From: Saccharospirillum sp.
GTDB taxonomy: Bacteria > Pseudomonadota > Gammaproteobacteria > Pseudomonadales > Natronospirillaceae
Length of the DNA stretch: 64,000 nt
NCBI RefSeq assembly: GCF_039982735.1
Contig: NZ_JBDWXV010000003.1
Coordinates: forward strand, 76,898 to 140,897
Reading direction: 5' to 3'
The translations under genes were made by a program, and so were the position numbers. Positions 47,548 through 56,724 of the stretch are shown in pieces. The notes below the pieces were generated by a model, which saw nothing but the letters and a program-made list of their open reading frames with translations, was not told where the DNA came from and did not search any database. Within the stretch, counting starts at the first letter, position 1, and every line of letters starts with the position of its first letter.

Positions 47548-48780
47548 CTAGTTCACCTGCCCTCCTTCGGTTCTGATCCGTATTTCCCGGGTCAGGGTTT
47601 TATGCACCGGGCAGCGATCGGCGATTTCCAGAAAACGTTGCTGTTCGGCCTCGGTCAGGTTGCCCTGGTAGCTTATGTGGCGCTCCAGTTGTTCGATCTG
47701 TCCGTTCTTCGACTCGCACTCCTGGCAGTCTTCGGCGTGAATCCTCGAATGCCGCAGCCGCACCCGAATGTCGCTGACAGCCAACGATTTGTGATTGGCG
47801 TACATGCGCAAGGTCATTGAGGTGCAGGCGCCAAGCGACATCAGCAACAGATCATAGGGGGTTGGGCCCTGGTCGGTGCCGCCATTGCTTTCAGGCTCAT
47901 CGGCCAGTACTTCATGTCGTGTTGTGTACAGGCCTCGCAAAAAGCGGGCGTCCTGTTCGGTTACGATGACCTCGTCTTCTGCGACCTTCGGCCGATCTGT
48001 CGGAGTGGCTTCATCGCCAAATTCCAGGTACCGGCTGGCCCAGGCCGCCAGTGTCGCCGCCACATAGTCAGCGTCTGCGCGCTTTGACAACAGGTGATCG
48101 GCGTTGTCGAGTGACACAAAACTCTTTGGATGCATGGCCGCCTGATAAAGTTCGGCGGCTTCACTGACGGGCACTACGGCATCGACCGGTGAATGGAAAA
48201 TCAGCAAGGGTTTGCGCAAGGTGGCAACCAGGTTGCGTGACGACCAGTCCTCCAGGTCTTCCAGTAATTGCGACCTGATGTTGAAGTGGCGACCGCCAAT
48301 ATCCACCTCGGCCTGGCCATCCCGGGTAATGTCGCAGTGCTGGTCGGCAAATAAATGCTGAACGTGCGAAGGCGTAGAAGGGGCGGCAATGGTCACCACT
48401 GCTTCTACCGATTCAAGCCGGGAGGCCGCGACCAGTGCAGCCGCGCCACCCAGGCTATGGCCAATCAGCAATTTGGGGGCCTGGTAGTGTTCAGTCAGAA
48501 ACTCAGCGGCATCAAGCAGATCTTCAACATTGGAACTGAAATTGGTGTTGCCGAAATCGCCGTCGCTGCCACCCAGGCCGGTAAAGTCGAAGCGAAATAC
48601 GGCGATGCCCTGCTCGGCCAACGCACTGGCAATGCGAGTCGCGGCGACCACGTCCTTGCCGCAGGTGAAACAATGGGCGAACAGGGCCATCACCCGAACA
48701 GGGCCGGCATCCGGTTGTTCCAGTGCACCGGTCAGGGTATGCCCCTCCCGGTTGGTAAACTCGATTTTACGGCGTGTCAT
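47548..48780 (-). CDS. bifunctional alpha/beta hydrolase-OsmC protein
   Basis: AHCFTCGK, GHSLGG, HSPVD, ADHLL; C-terminal OsmC domain with LGACTSMT and IADRCPVH. Start moved to the ATG at 48780. Confidence 0.92.
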   Translation of the reverse strand: MTRRKIEFTNREGHTLTGALEQPDAGPVRVMALFAHCFTCGKDVVAATRIASALAEQGIAVFRFDFTGLGGSDGDFGNTNFSSNVEDLLDAAEFLTEHYQAPKLLIGHSLGGAAALVAASRLESVEAVVTIAAPSTPSHVQHLFADQHCDITRDGQAEVDIGGRHFNIRSQLLEDLEDWSSRNLVATLRKPLLIFHSPVDAVVPVSEAAELYQAAMHPKSFVSLDNADHLLSKRADADYVAATLAAWASRYLEFGDEATPTDRPKVAEDEVIVTEQDARFLRGLYTTRHEVLADEPESNGGTDQGPTPYDLLLMSLGACTSMTLRMYANHKSLAVSDIRVRLRHSRIHAEDCQECESKNGQIEQLERHISYQGNLTEAEQQRFLEIADRCPVHKTLTREIRIRTEGGQVN

Positions 48781-48903
48781 GGTGGCTCCCGGAAACAGAT
48801 AACAGACCAGCACACTAGCACATTCGCCAGGGCCTAAGGGAAACCGCCCTCAACCGACCATCCTCTGGTAGGCTACTCCAAAATCTCTAACTGAGGACAA
48901 TCG

Positions 48904-50415
48904 ATGAGCAGTAATCTGCTGAATCTGGGCCTGATCGCACTAGCCGCGTTGGGGCTATTACTCGTGCTGGCGTTGCTGGTTGGATTGATCACTCTGGCGG
49001 TTTTGTATCTGATCGACCGCAATCAGAGTAAACACAGCATTCGCCGCAACTACCCGGTGGTGGGTCGCTTCCGGTATTTCTTTGAACACATGGGTGAATT
49101 CTTTCGACAGTATTTCTTTGCCATGGACCGTGAGGAGCTGCCTTTCAACCGGGCAGAGCGCAGCTGGGTGTACCGGGCAGCCAAAAACCTCGATAACACC
49201 ATTGCCTTCGGGTCCACCCGCTCACTGGAGCCAACCGGAACGGTGATGTTCATGAATTCGGCCTTCCCGACTCTGAGCGACACCGCCGCCCACTGGCAAC
49301 CCAAACGCATTGGCCCGGGCTGCCGTCACCCCTATGAACCCCAGTCTTTCTTTAACATCTCCGGCATGAGTTACGGGGCCCTGTCCAAGCCAGCCGTCCA
49401 GGCGCTTTCCCGGGGGGCCAAACAGGCCGGCTGCTGGATGAATACCGGCGAAGGCGGTTTGTCACCGTTTCACCTCGAAGGTGGCTGTGACCTGGTGTTT
49501 CAAGTGGGTACCGCCAAATATGGCGTTCGGGACCAAACGGGTGAACTCAGTGACGACAAGTTGCGCGCACTGGCAGCTCACGACCAGATCCGCATGTTCG
49601 AGATCAAGCTCAGCCAGGGGGCCAAACCAGGGAAAGGAGGCATTCTGCCCGGCGATAAGGTAACTGAGCAAATCGCAAAGATCCGGGGCATCCCCATCGG
49701 TCAGGATTCAATCAGTCCGAACCGCCATCTGGACATTACCTCGAACGCTGAACTGTTGGCGATGATCCACCGGGTCAGAGAAATCACCGGCAAACCGGTT
49801 GGCTTTAAATGCGTGCTGGGTGATACCGACTGGCTGGTTGCGTTGTTCGAGCTGATTCGCGAACGCGGCCCCGAGTACGCTCCAGATTTCATTACTCTCG
49901 ACAGTGCCGATGGGGGCACCGGCGCGGCGCCACAGCCGCTGATGGATTACGTCGGTCTGCCAATCCGGGAAAGCTTGCCATGGCTCGTAGACCAGCTTAT
50001 CGCCAGTGGCCTGCGCGAGCGTATCCGGATCGTCGCGTCCGGCAAGTTAATGGTACCCAGCAAAGTCGCCTGGGCGCTGGCGACCGGCGCTGACTACGTG
50101 GTATCGGCCCGGGGCTTCATGTTTTCGCTCGGGTGTATTCAGGCATTGCAGTGCAACCGAAATACCTGCCCGACGGGCGTCACCACGCACGACCCCAAGC
50201 TGCAACGCGGCCTGGTGCCGGCCGACAAAGCCGCCCGGGTGGCCCATTACCATCGACAGATGGTGTATTTTCTGGAAATGATTGCCCACTCCTGTGGCGT
50301 TTCCGGCCCCTCCGAGCTGGAACGCAAACACGTGCGCATGGTGACCGACAATGGCTTTTCGGCGCCGCTGGATTATTTCTACCAAAACCGCATACCGTTG
50401 CATTCGGTTAAGTAG
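48904..50415 (+). CDS. FMN-binding glutamate synthase-family protein with N-terminal TM helix
   Basis: SGMSYGALS, NTGEGG, EIKLSQGAKPGKGG, and the [3Fe-4S] motif GCIQALQCNRNTCPTG. Confidence 0.9.
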   Translation: MSSNLLNLGLIALAALGLLLVLALLVGLITLAVLYLIDRNQSKHSIRRNYPVVGRFRYFFEHMGEFFRQYFFAMDREELPFNRAERSWVYRAAKNLDNTIAFGSTRSLEPTGTVMFMNSAFPTLSDTAAHWQPKRIGPGCRHPYEPQSFFNISGMSYGALSKPAVQALSRGAKQAGCWMNTGEGGLSPFHLEGGCDLVFQVGTAKYGVRDQTGELSDDKLRALAAHDQIRMFEIKLSQGAKPGKGGILPGDKVTEQIAKIRGIPIGQDSISPNRHLDITSNAELLAMIHRVREITGKPVGFKCVLGDTDWLVALFELIRERGPEYAPDFITLDSADGGTGAAPQPLMDYVGLPIRESLPWLVDQLIASGLRERIRIVASGKLMVPSKVAWALATGADYVVSARGFMFSLGCIQALQCNRNTCPTGVTTHDPKLQRGLVPADKAARVAHYHRQMVYFLEMIAHSCGVSGPSELERKHVRMVTDNGFSAPLDYFYQNRIPLHSVK

Positions 50416-50480
50416 TGGCTGCAGTGTGCTGAAACCGGTGATCTGCAGTCGATTTTTAAGGCAATCGCCGCAGGCAGCTA

Positions 50481-50500
50481 CTATTATCAATTACTAATAT
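50481..50500. promoter_or_regulatory. 7-6-7 palindrome, site C (upstream of diguanylate cyclase)
   Basis: CTATTAT-CAATTA-CTAATAT, 12/14 match to ATATTAG-N6-CTAATAT. Confidence 0.55.
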
Positions 50501-50526
50501 GTTTGTCGGCTGTGGTAGTGCCCCTG

Positions 50527-52821
50527 ATGCAAAATTTTTATGTGCGAACGCTGCTGATCGCTGCCGCCCTTAGCCTGGGGTTGCTGTCGCTTCAGGCGCA
50601 GGCGTCAGGGCAACCGCTGGACGAAGGCTGGCAATACCGCTGGGGCGATTCCCCCTTCAACGCAGACGGCGTGCCAGCGTGGACAGACGACCCAGCCGAC
50701 AGCAGCGAGTGGCAGGCCATCGATTTTCCGTCCAACCCGCCCGATCGCGATGGCCAGACCAATGTGTGGTATCGGGTCACCCTGCCTGCGGATGAATGGC
50801 GGGACCCAATTCTCTATATTTACAGCGTTGATCTGATTACCGAGGTCTACCTCGAGGGTGAGCAGATCTACCATTATGGCGCCTTCGATGAACAGGGCCA
50901 GGGGTCTTTTGAAGGCTGGCCCTGGCATATGGTGCCTCTGCCGGAGGGGTATAGCGGCAAAACCCTGTATTTCAGAATCTTTTCGAGCTACAGCGACATC
51001 GGCCTCTGGGGCGAGGTGAGACTGAACAGTCGGCAGGATCAGATTCTCACCCTGCTGATCGATTCGGCGGATGCGCTAGCCGCCAGTGCCTTTTCCCTGA
51101 TCATAGCCGTGCTTGCCTTGTTTTTCGCCTTGATCGAAACCCAGCGTCGAACCTTTGTCAGCGTGGGCCTGTTTTCTCTGGCCTCGGCACTGATGGTCAC
51201 CGCCGAAAGTCCCGCCAGCTTGTTGCTGTTGTACCAGCCTATTGTCTGGGACTACGTCGCCGCGGGCGCTTACTTCACGTTGCCAGTGGCCATTGCTTTG
51301 CTGCTGGAACAATGGCTGCCGGAATCCCGAATCGGGCTGATTCGCAAACTGTGGCAAGGGCATGTGTTGTACGTGATTGGTGCCCTTGGCTTGTCGTTGC
51401 TCGGTGTCATTATTCTGCCCTCGGCGTTCTATGTATTTGACTATCTGCTGCTAGCGACACTGACCCTGCTGTTTGTATTAGTCGCACCTAACCTGCGCCG
51501 GGTAAGCCGGGAGCAACAGGCAGTCATCGCCACCTTCGCGCTCTACTCGGCCCTGCTGATTATCGATATGGCAGTCGCCCACGGCTTCTTGCCCTGGAAT
51601 CGAACCCCACTGAGCTGGGGCGGACTGGCGTTTTCTCTGGTCATCAGCCTGGTGTCGCTGCGCCAATATCACCAAACCCGCCAGGAACTGTACGCGCTCA
51701 ATCAACAATTGGAACTGAGAGTCGATGAACGCACCCGCAAGCTTGAAACGCTGGCTGACGAGGAGCGCTTGCGTACCCGAATTCTGTCTTATGAGCATGA
51801 AAAAACCCTCCTGCTCAATGACATGGTCACCCGCCTGCACGCCAGCCAATCACTGGAGCAGGGCTTTGACAACCTCGCCGCTGATCTGCCGGCTTACACT
51901 CGACCTCTGGTTGGCGCACTCTATCGTCGCCTTAACACCAAACCGGTATTCACGTTACTGTCGCAATGGGGCGAACACGGACTGGAGCTGCCTGAAACCT
52001 GGTCAGGAAGCGATTTCCCCGGCATATCAGCCTCTGCCTACCTGGACCCGATGAGCCAGGCACGGGTCGATCTTGACGGTTATCCATACTGGGTATTCCC
52101 CATTACTGTTGAAGATGTCGACCGGGGCTCTGATGTGCTGGGCCTGCTGATAATCGCCTTGCCTGAACTGGTCGCCGAAGGCGAACGTCGCAGCGGTCGC
52201 GGCCATTTGTTTCAATCTGTCCGCCAGGCAATGGACAAGGTAGGCGTGGTTTTGTCGAGCCTGATTCTGAGACAACGGCTGGAGACGCTATCGTATGAGG
52301 ACTCGCTCACCGGTCTGAAGAACCGGCGTTACTTTAACGAACTCTATGCCCGGGAGTCGGCCATTGCACTGCGTACCCAGGTGCCACTGAGTTTCATCAT
52401 GGTCGACCTCGACCACTTCAAACAGTTCAACGACCAATACGGGCACCAGGCCGGCGACGAAGCCCTGCGCCTGGTCGCTGATACCATGCGCATCCGGTTT
52501 CGTGAAACCGATGTGGTGTGCCGCTATGGTGGCGAAGAATTCATTGCCATTTTGCCCGGTGCCAGTTCGGCCGATGCCGAAGCCCTGGCCGGAGAAATTC
52601 GCATTGCCGTAAATCAGGTGCCCATCTTTCATGAAAACCGGAACCTGGGGCATCTGACGCTATCAGCCGGCATTGCAACCTGGCCCGAGCACTGCACCGA
52701 CCCGGACAAACTGCTGGTTCTGGCCGACAATGCCCTGTACCTCGCAAAGGATTCCGGTCGTAACCGGGTTTGCACCCCCGCCCGTCCGGCGCACAGCACT
52801 GCCCCCAGCCCCGCAAACTGA
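50527..52821 (+). CDS. membrane diguanylate cyclase (sugar-binding-like periplasmic domain, 7TM, GAF-like, GGDEF)
   Basis: Signal peptide, beta-sandwich (GWQYRWG, VWYRVTLP), about 7 TM helices, and RETD I-site before RYGGEEF. Start moved to the ATG at 50527. Confidence 0.9.
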   Translation: MQNFYVRTLLIAAALSLGLLSLQAQASGQPLDEGWQYRWGDSPFNADGVPAWTDDPADSSEWQAIDFPSNPPDRDGQTNVWYRVTLPADEWRDPILYIYSVDLITEVYLEGEQIYHYGAFDEQGQGSFEGWPWHMVPLPEGYSGKTLYFRIFSSYSDIGLWGEVRLNSRQDQILTLLIDSADALAASAFSLIIAVLALFFALIETQRRTFVSVGLFSLASALMVTAESPASLLLLYQPIVWDYVAAGAYFTLPVAIALLLEQWLPESRIGLIRKLWQGHVLYVIGALGLSLLGVIILPSAFYVFDYLLLATLTLLFVLVAPNLRRVSREQQAVIATFALYSALLIIDMAVAHGFLPWNRTPLSWGGLAFSLVISLVSLRQYHQTRQELYALNQQLELRVDERTRKLETLADEERLRTRILSYEHEKTLLLNDMVTRLHASQSLEQGFDNLAADLPAYTRPLVGALYRRLNTKPVFTLLSQWGEHGLELPETWSGSDFPGISASAYLDPMSQARVDLDGYPYWVFPITVEDVDRGSDVLGLLIIALPELVAEGERRSGRGHLFQSVRQAMDKVGVVLSSLILRQRLETLSYEDSLTGLKNRRYFNELYARESAIALRTQVPLSFIMVDLDHFKQFNDQYGHQAGDEALRLVADTMRIRFRETDVVCRYGGEEFIAILPGASSADAEALAGEIRIAVNQVPIFHENRNLGHLTLSAGIATWPEHCTDPDKLLVLADNALYLAKDSGRNRVCTPARPAHSTAPSPAN

Positions 52822-52872
52822 GCCTTTGAATCCCGCAGTTGACGTTTTAACCAAGGCGCCCTATTCTTCTTT

Positions 52873-52892
52873 ATATTAGTTTTTACTTATTT
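52873..52892. promoter_or_regulatory. 7-6-7 palindrome, site B (upstream of sqr)
   Basis: ATATTAG-TTTTTA-CTTATTT, 12/14 match. Confidence 0.55.
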
Positions 52893-52938
52893 AATGAGAT
52901 GCAACTGTGATGACTCGCCCATACACAAGGAGAACAGG

Positions 52939-54141
52939 ATGAAGACCTACCAGATACTGATCGCCGGTGGAGGGGCTGCCGGCCTGTCCGTCGCGGCGTC
53001 GCTGAAGCGACGCGATGCGTCACTGACCATTGCGATAATCGAACCGTCTGAGACCCACGTTTACCAGCCTGGTCAGACGTTGGTTGGGCGAGGCGTTATG
53101 TCGCTGGAGGAACTGAAAAGACCGACTCAGTCGTTTATTCCAGCGGGTGTCGACTGGATCAAAGCCTCGGTCACCGCATTCAACCCTGAAGCCAGCGAAA
53201 TCGATCTCGACAACGGCACTACCCTGGCCTACGAACACCTGGTCGTCAGCCTGGGCCTGAAACTGAACCTCGAGGGCATTGAAGGCCTGGCGGATACACT
53301 GGGCCAGAATGGGGTGACGTCAAATTACGTCACCGAGTTATCGGCCTATACCTGGGATCAGGTGCAACAACTGAAGACGGGCCGGGCTCTGTTCACCCAG
53401 CCACCCATGCCGATCAAATGTGCCGGGGCGCCGCAAAAAGCGATGTACCTCAGTTGCGATTACTGGCTAAAGGAAAATCGCTTGTCTGGCGTTGATGTCG
53501 AGTTTCACAATGCTGGAGCGGTCATGTTCGGCGTCGCCGAGTTTGTGCCGGTACTCGAAAGCTATGTTAAAAAGTACGGCGTAAAAACCTGCTTCAGCAG
53601 CACGCTAGTCAAAGTGGATGGCCCTGCCAGGAAAGCCTGGTTCAAACAGGGCGATGGCAGCGTTGAAGAAACCACGTTTGACCTGCTGCATGTAACACCG
53701 CCGCAATGTGCGCCGGATGTAGTCGCCTCCAGCGCACTGGCCAACGAAGCTGGCTGGGTCGATGTCGATCAGACAACACTGCAACACACTCGATTTACCA
53801 ATGTCTTTTCGCTTGGTGACGTGTGCTCAGCACCCAATGCGAAAACGGCGGCCGCAGTACGCAAACAGGTTCCGATTGTCGCCGACAATCTGTTAGCTGC
53901 CAGAAAGCAGGAGGCAATGCCTGGCGTTTACGATGGGTACGGCGCCTGCCCACTGACCGTGGAAGTTGGGAAAGTCGTGCTCGCTGAGTTTGGTTACGGT
54001 GGCAGCCTAAAACCCAGCTTTCCACTGGACCCAAGAGTACCGCGCAGCCTCTACTGGTGGATGAAAACCACGGGTTTTCCTTGGGTTTACTGGAACCTGA
54101 TGATGCGTGGCAGAGAATGGCTGGTGAAAACCAACCCTTAA
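52939..54141 (+). CDS. sqr: sulfide:quinone oxidoreductase (type II-like)
   Basis: GGGAAG FAD motif, YQPGQTLVG, IKCAGAPQK and YGACPL redox Cys motifs, FSLGD, AKTAAA. Start at the ATG at 52939. Confidence 0.85.
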   Translation: MKTYQILIAGGGAAGLSVAASLKRRDASLTIAIIEPSETHVYQPGQTLVGRGVMSLEELKRPTQSFIPAGVDWIKASVTAFNPEASEIDLDNGTTLAYEHLVVSLGLKLNLEGIEGLADTLGQNGVTSNYVTELSAYTWDQVQQLKTGRALFTQPPMPIKCAGAPQKAMYLSCDYWLKENRLSGVDVEFHNAGAVMFGVAEFVPVLESYVKKYGVKTCFSSTLVKVDGPARKAWFKQGDGSVEETTFDLLHVTPPQCAPDVVASSALANEAGWVDVDQTTLQHTRFTNVFSLGDVCSAPNAKTAAAVRKQVPIVADNLLAARKQEAMPGVYDGYGACPLTVEVGKVVLAEFGYGGSLKPSFPLDPRVPRSLYWWMKTTGFPWVYWNLMMRGREWLVKTNP

Positions 54142-54143
54142 TT

Positions 54144-54173
54144 AAAAAACCCCGGTTAACCGGGGTTTTTTTT
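54144..54173. terminator. bidirectional intrinsic terminator
   Basis: AAAAAACCCCGG-TTAA-CCGGGGTTTTTTT between the convergent sqr and peroxiredoxin genes. Confidence 0.9.
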
Positions 54174-54186
54174 GCCTGATTGGAAA

Positions 54187-54813
54187 TCAGACTTTGGTGG
54201 TGCGCAAGTAGGGACGAATTTCGTTCCAGCCTTGTGGGAAGATGTCTTTGGCTTCCTCGTTGCTGATCGACGGCGGAATAATAACGTCCTCACCCGGACG
54301 CCAGTCGGCCGGCGTTGCAACCCGCTTGGCATCGCCCAACTGCAGGGCATCGATAACACGCAAAATTTCATCGAAGTTACGACCCACCGACATCGGGTAG
54401 GTCAGCGTCAGCCGAATCTTTTTATTCGGGTCGACAATGAAGACAGAGCGAACGGCCGCTGTCTGGCTTTCGCCGGGGTGAATCATATCGTACTGCTTGG
54501 CAATCGACAGGTCTGCATCAGCGACGATCGGAAAGTTCAGGGTAGTGTTCTGAGTGTCGTTGACGTCGAAGATCCACTTGTTGTGCTCTTCAACGGTATC
54601 AGTCGACAGCCCCAACGGCTTGACGTTGCGCTTGGCAAATTCGTCAGACAGCTGCGCCGTGCGTCCCATCTCGGTGGTGCACACGGGCGTAAAGTCAGCG
54701 GGGTGGCTGAAGAAGAAGGCCCAGGAATCGCCCAGCCACTCGTGGAAGGTGATCTTTCCCTGAGTGGTCTCAACGGTAAAATCGGGTGCGGTATCGCCTA
54801 AACGTAGTGTCAT
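54187..54813 (-). CDS. 1-Cys peroxiredoxin (Prx6/LsfA-like)
   Basis: SHPADFTPVCTTE, VRSVFIVDP, YPMSVGRNFDEILR, ATPADW. Start moved to the ATG at 54813. Confidence 0.93.
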   Translation of the reverse strand: MTLRLGDTAPDFTVETTQGKITFHEWLGDSWAFFFSHPADFTPVCTTEMGRTAQLSDEFAKRNVKPLGLSTDTVEEHNKWIFDVNDTQNTTLNFPIVADADLSIAKQYDMIHPGESQTAAVRSVFIVDPNKKIRLTLTYPMSVGRNFDEILRVIDALQLGDAKRVATPADWRPGEDVIIPPSISNEEAKDIFPQGWNEIRPYLRTTKV

Positions 54814-54877
54814 CGTCTTGCTCCTGTTTACAGTGAGAACATGAAAGCACGGTGATGTGCCATCCTTATAACTCATT

Positions 54878-54897
54878 ATATTAGGTTTATCTAATAT
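54878..54897. promoter_or_regulatory. 7-6-7 palindrome, site A (upstream of peroxiredoxin)
   Basis: Perfect ATATTAG-GTTTAT-CTAATAT. Confidence 0.65.
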
Positions 54898-55145
54898 TTA
54901 TGCAATTCTATTACTATACTGTCGATAGTGACTGACTATCCAGCGTTATACTGATCCACATCAGGCTGGCATCCTGGCTGCACCGCGATGCGGCCCTCGT
55001 GTTCTTCCCTACATCTGGTCCCTGTGGCACTTTTTAAAGGCCTTTTACATTTGCTGACAACGCCACCCTGAGTCAAAACCCGTTCAGTGGCCCGAATCCG
55101 AGAATCGCCCGTATATGGTTCAAACGATAGTCAATCGGAGTCATC

Positions 55146-55322
55146 ATGCTCAGTTTTTTGAAACGAGATACCACCAAGTCTTTGCAAAAAGCCTACGAAA
55201 AAAAGCTGACGGAAGCCCAGCAGGCACAACGCAACGGCGATATCCGCAGCTATTCAATGCTGTCTGAAGAGGCCGATAAGCTGTACCAGATGCTGCAGAC
55301 GGCTCAACAAGACAAGTCGTAA
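55146..55322 (+). CDS. small helical protein (DUF6435/Lacal_2735-like), 58 aa
   Basis: MLSFLKRDTTKSLQKAYEKKLTEAQQAQRNGDIRSYSMLSEEADKLYQMLQTAQQDKS; GGAG upstream. Below the ORF-track length cutoff. Confidence 0.75.
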   Translation: MLSFLKRDTTKSLQKAYEKKLTEAQQAQRNGDIRSYSMLSEEADKLYQMLQTAQQDKS

Positions 55323-55348
55323 CCACCCGCTTCACTGCCAGCCCGGTT

Positions 55349-56635
55349 TTAGGGTTTTGTTGTTTTGACAAACGGATCGTCACCCGCTTTGAAATGACCT
55401 GCTTTGCGGCGTTTCATCACCGAGTTGATGTAATCTTCCGTCGCTGCCGCCTGACCGACATCCCGTCCGGCGGCCTGGCTCAGATACCAGCGATGCTCGA
55501 GAATTTCATGGAAAACCTCGGCGTCATCGAGACTGCCTTTCAGATCGCTGGAAATGCTCTGCAAGCTGGGGTTAAACACCTCGGATAACCAGCGATAGGC
55601 AGCCACTGGCTCGGGAATGTCCCGGCCTTCGTGTTCGGCGAGAAAGGCTTTGTAGCGGCTCAGGTCATTTAGCAACCGGCGTGCCTGGTTTTCCTGCACT
55701 TGCAACCCGGTCAGGCTGTTCAGGCGGCGTCGGTGATGCCAGTGTTCCACCACTCGCGGCACCATGCGTACGCGTTGGCCATCGTCGACCGTGGTTATCT
55801 CCATTTCCTCGACATCGAAGCCCAGGTCATTCAGCCGTCGCACCCGCTGTTCAATTTTGAACTGATCTTCGGGTTCGAAGACCTCATCATGGGTCAGTTC
55901 CTGCCAGAGCTTGTTGTAACGGTCGACCACCGAATTGGCCAGTTCAACCGGGTCGGAGCCCGCCGGGAGCTGTTCGGCCGCCTCCAGATCCATCAGATCG
56001 CCGGCCAGATTTAACTCGGCCAGTTCCAGATCGTAGGCACGCTGGCCATCACTCAGCGTCGGGTAGATTTCACTGGTTTCAGCGTCGACCAGGTAGGCCG
56101 CCATCAGGCCCGCATCACGCCGGAACAGCGTATTGGAGAGTGAGCAATCGCCCCAGTAAATGCCACTGAGATGCAGCCGGGCGAGCAACTCAACCAGAGC
56201 GTCCAGCATCTGGCCGAGCTGCTCCATGGTGATGCCTTGCTGGATAATGATGCGGTAAGGCAAGGCGCCTTCCAGATAGTGTGTAACCAGCAGCGCACGG
56301 TTGCTCATGTCCATGCTATCCCCCACCAGATCGAAGTTCGATCGGGCCTGGGAGACGCCCTCATCCCGGTTGGTGACCAGGCCGACAGGTTCGACTACTG
56401 GCAAGCCCATTTCCTCCATCTCACGCAATAAGTTGTATTCATTGCGGGCGATGGGCGTCATCAGTTCCTTGAGTGCATAGACCCGCCCCTTGTTGCTGAT
56501 GAAACGAACCACGTTGCGATGAATTCCTCGCGCCACCTCAACAAAAAGATCCGGCGGCCATTGCGTCAGGTGCTTGGACCAGGGGTATCGCAAGTCGGTT
56601 ATGTAGTGGCTTGGCGAGTGAATCTGAATTTTCAT
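55349..56635 (-). CDS. DUF4032-type protein with protein/small-molecule kinase-like N-domain
   Basis: GIHRNVVRF, YALKE, LHLSGIYWGDCSLSNTLF catalytic-loop-like segment, LVDAET, and C-terminal HEILEHRWYLS. Start moved to the ATG at 56635. Confidence 0.8.
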   Translation of the reverse strand: MKIQIHSPSHYITDLRYPWSKHLTQWPPDLFVEVARGIHRNVVRFISNKGRVYALKELMTPIARNEYNLLREMEEMGLPVVEPVGLVTNRDEGVSQARSNFDLVGDSMDMSNRALLVTHYLEGALPYRIIIQQGITMEQLGQMLDALVELLARLHLSGIYWGDCSLSNTLFRRDAGLMAAYLVDAETSEIYPTLSDGQRAYDLELAELNLAGDLMDLEAAEQLPAGSDPVELANSVVDRYNKLWQELTHDEVFEPEDQFKIEQRVRRLNDLGFDVEEMEITTVDDGQRVRMVPRVVEHWHHRRRLNSLTGLQVQENQARRLLNDLSRYKAFLAEHEGRDIPEPVAAYRWLSEVFNPSLQSISSDLKGSLDDAEVFHEILEHRWYLSQAAGRDVGQAAATEDYINSVMKRRKAGHFKAGDDPFVKTTKP

Positions 56636-56658
56636 GAAGGGATCCCTGACACTGAAAC

Positions 56659-56686
56659 AAAAAAACCGGCTAACAAGCCGGCTTTC
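56659..56686 (-). terminator. intrinsic terminator between ABC ATPase and DUF4032 genes
   Basis: Minus strand CCGGCT-TGTT-AGCCGG followed by TTTTTTT. Confidence 0.65.
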
Positions 56687-56724
56687 GAGGGGCACTACAC
56701 ACGGTGGTTAACGCCAAACCGACC

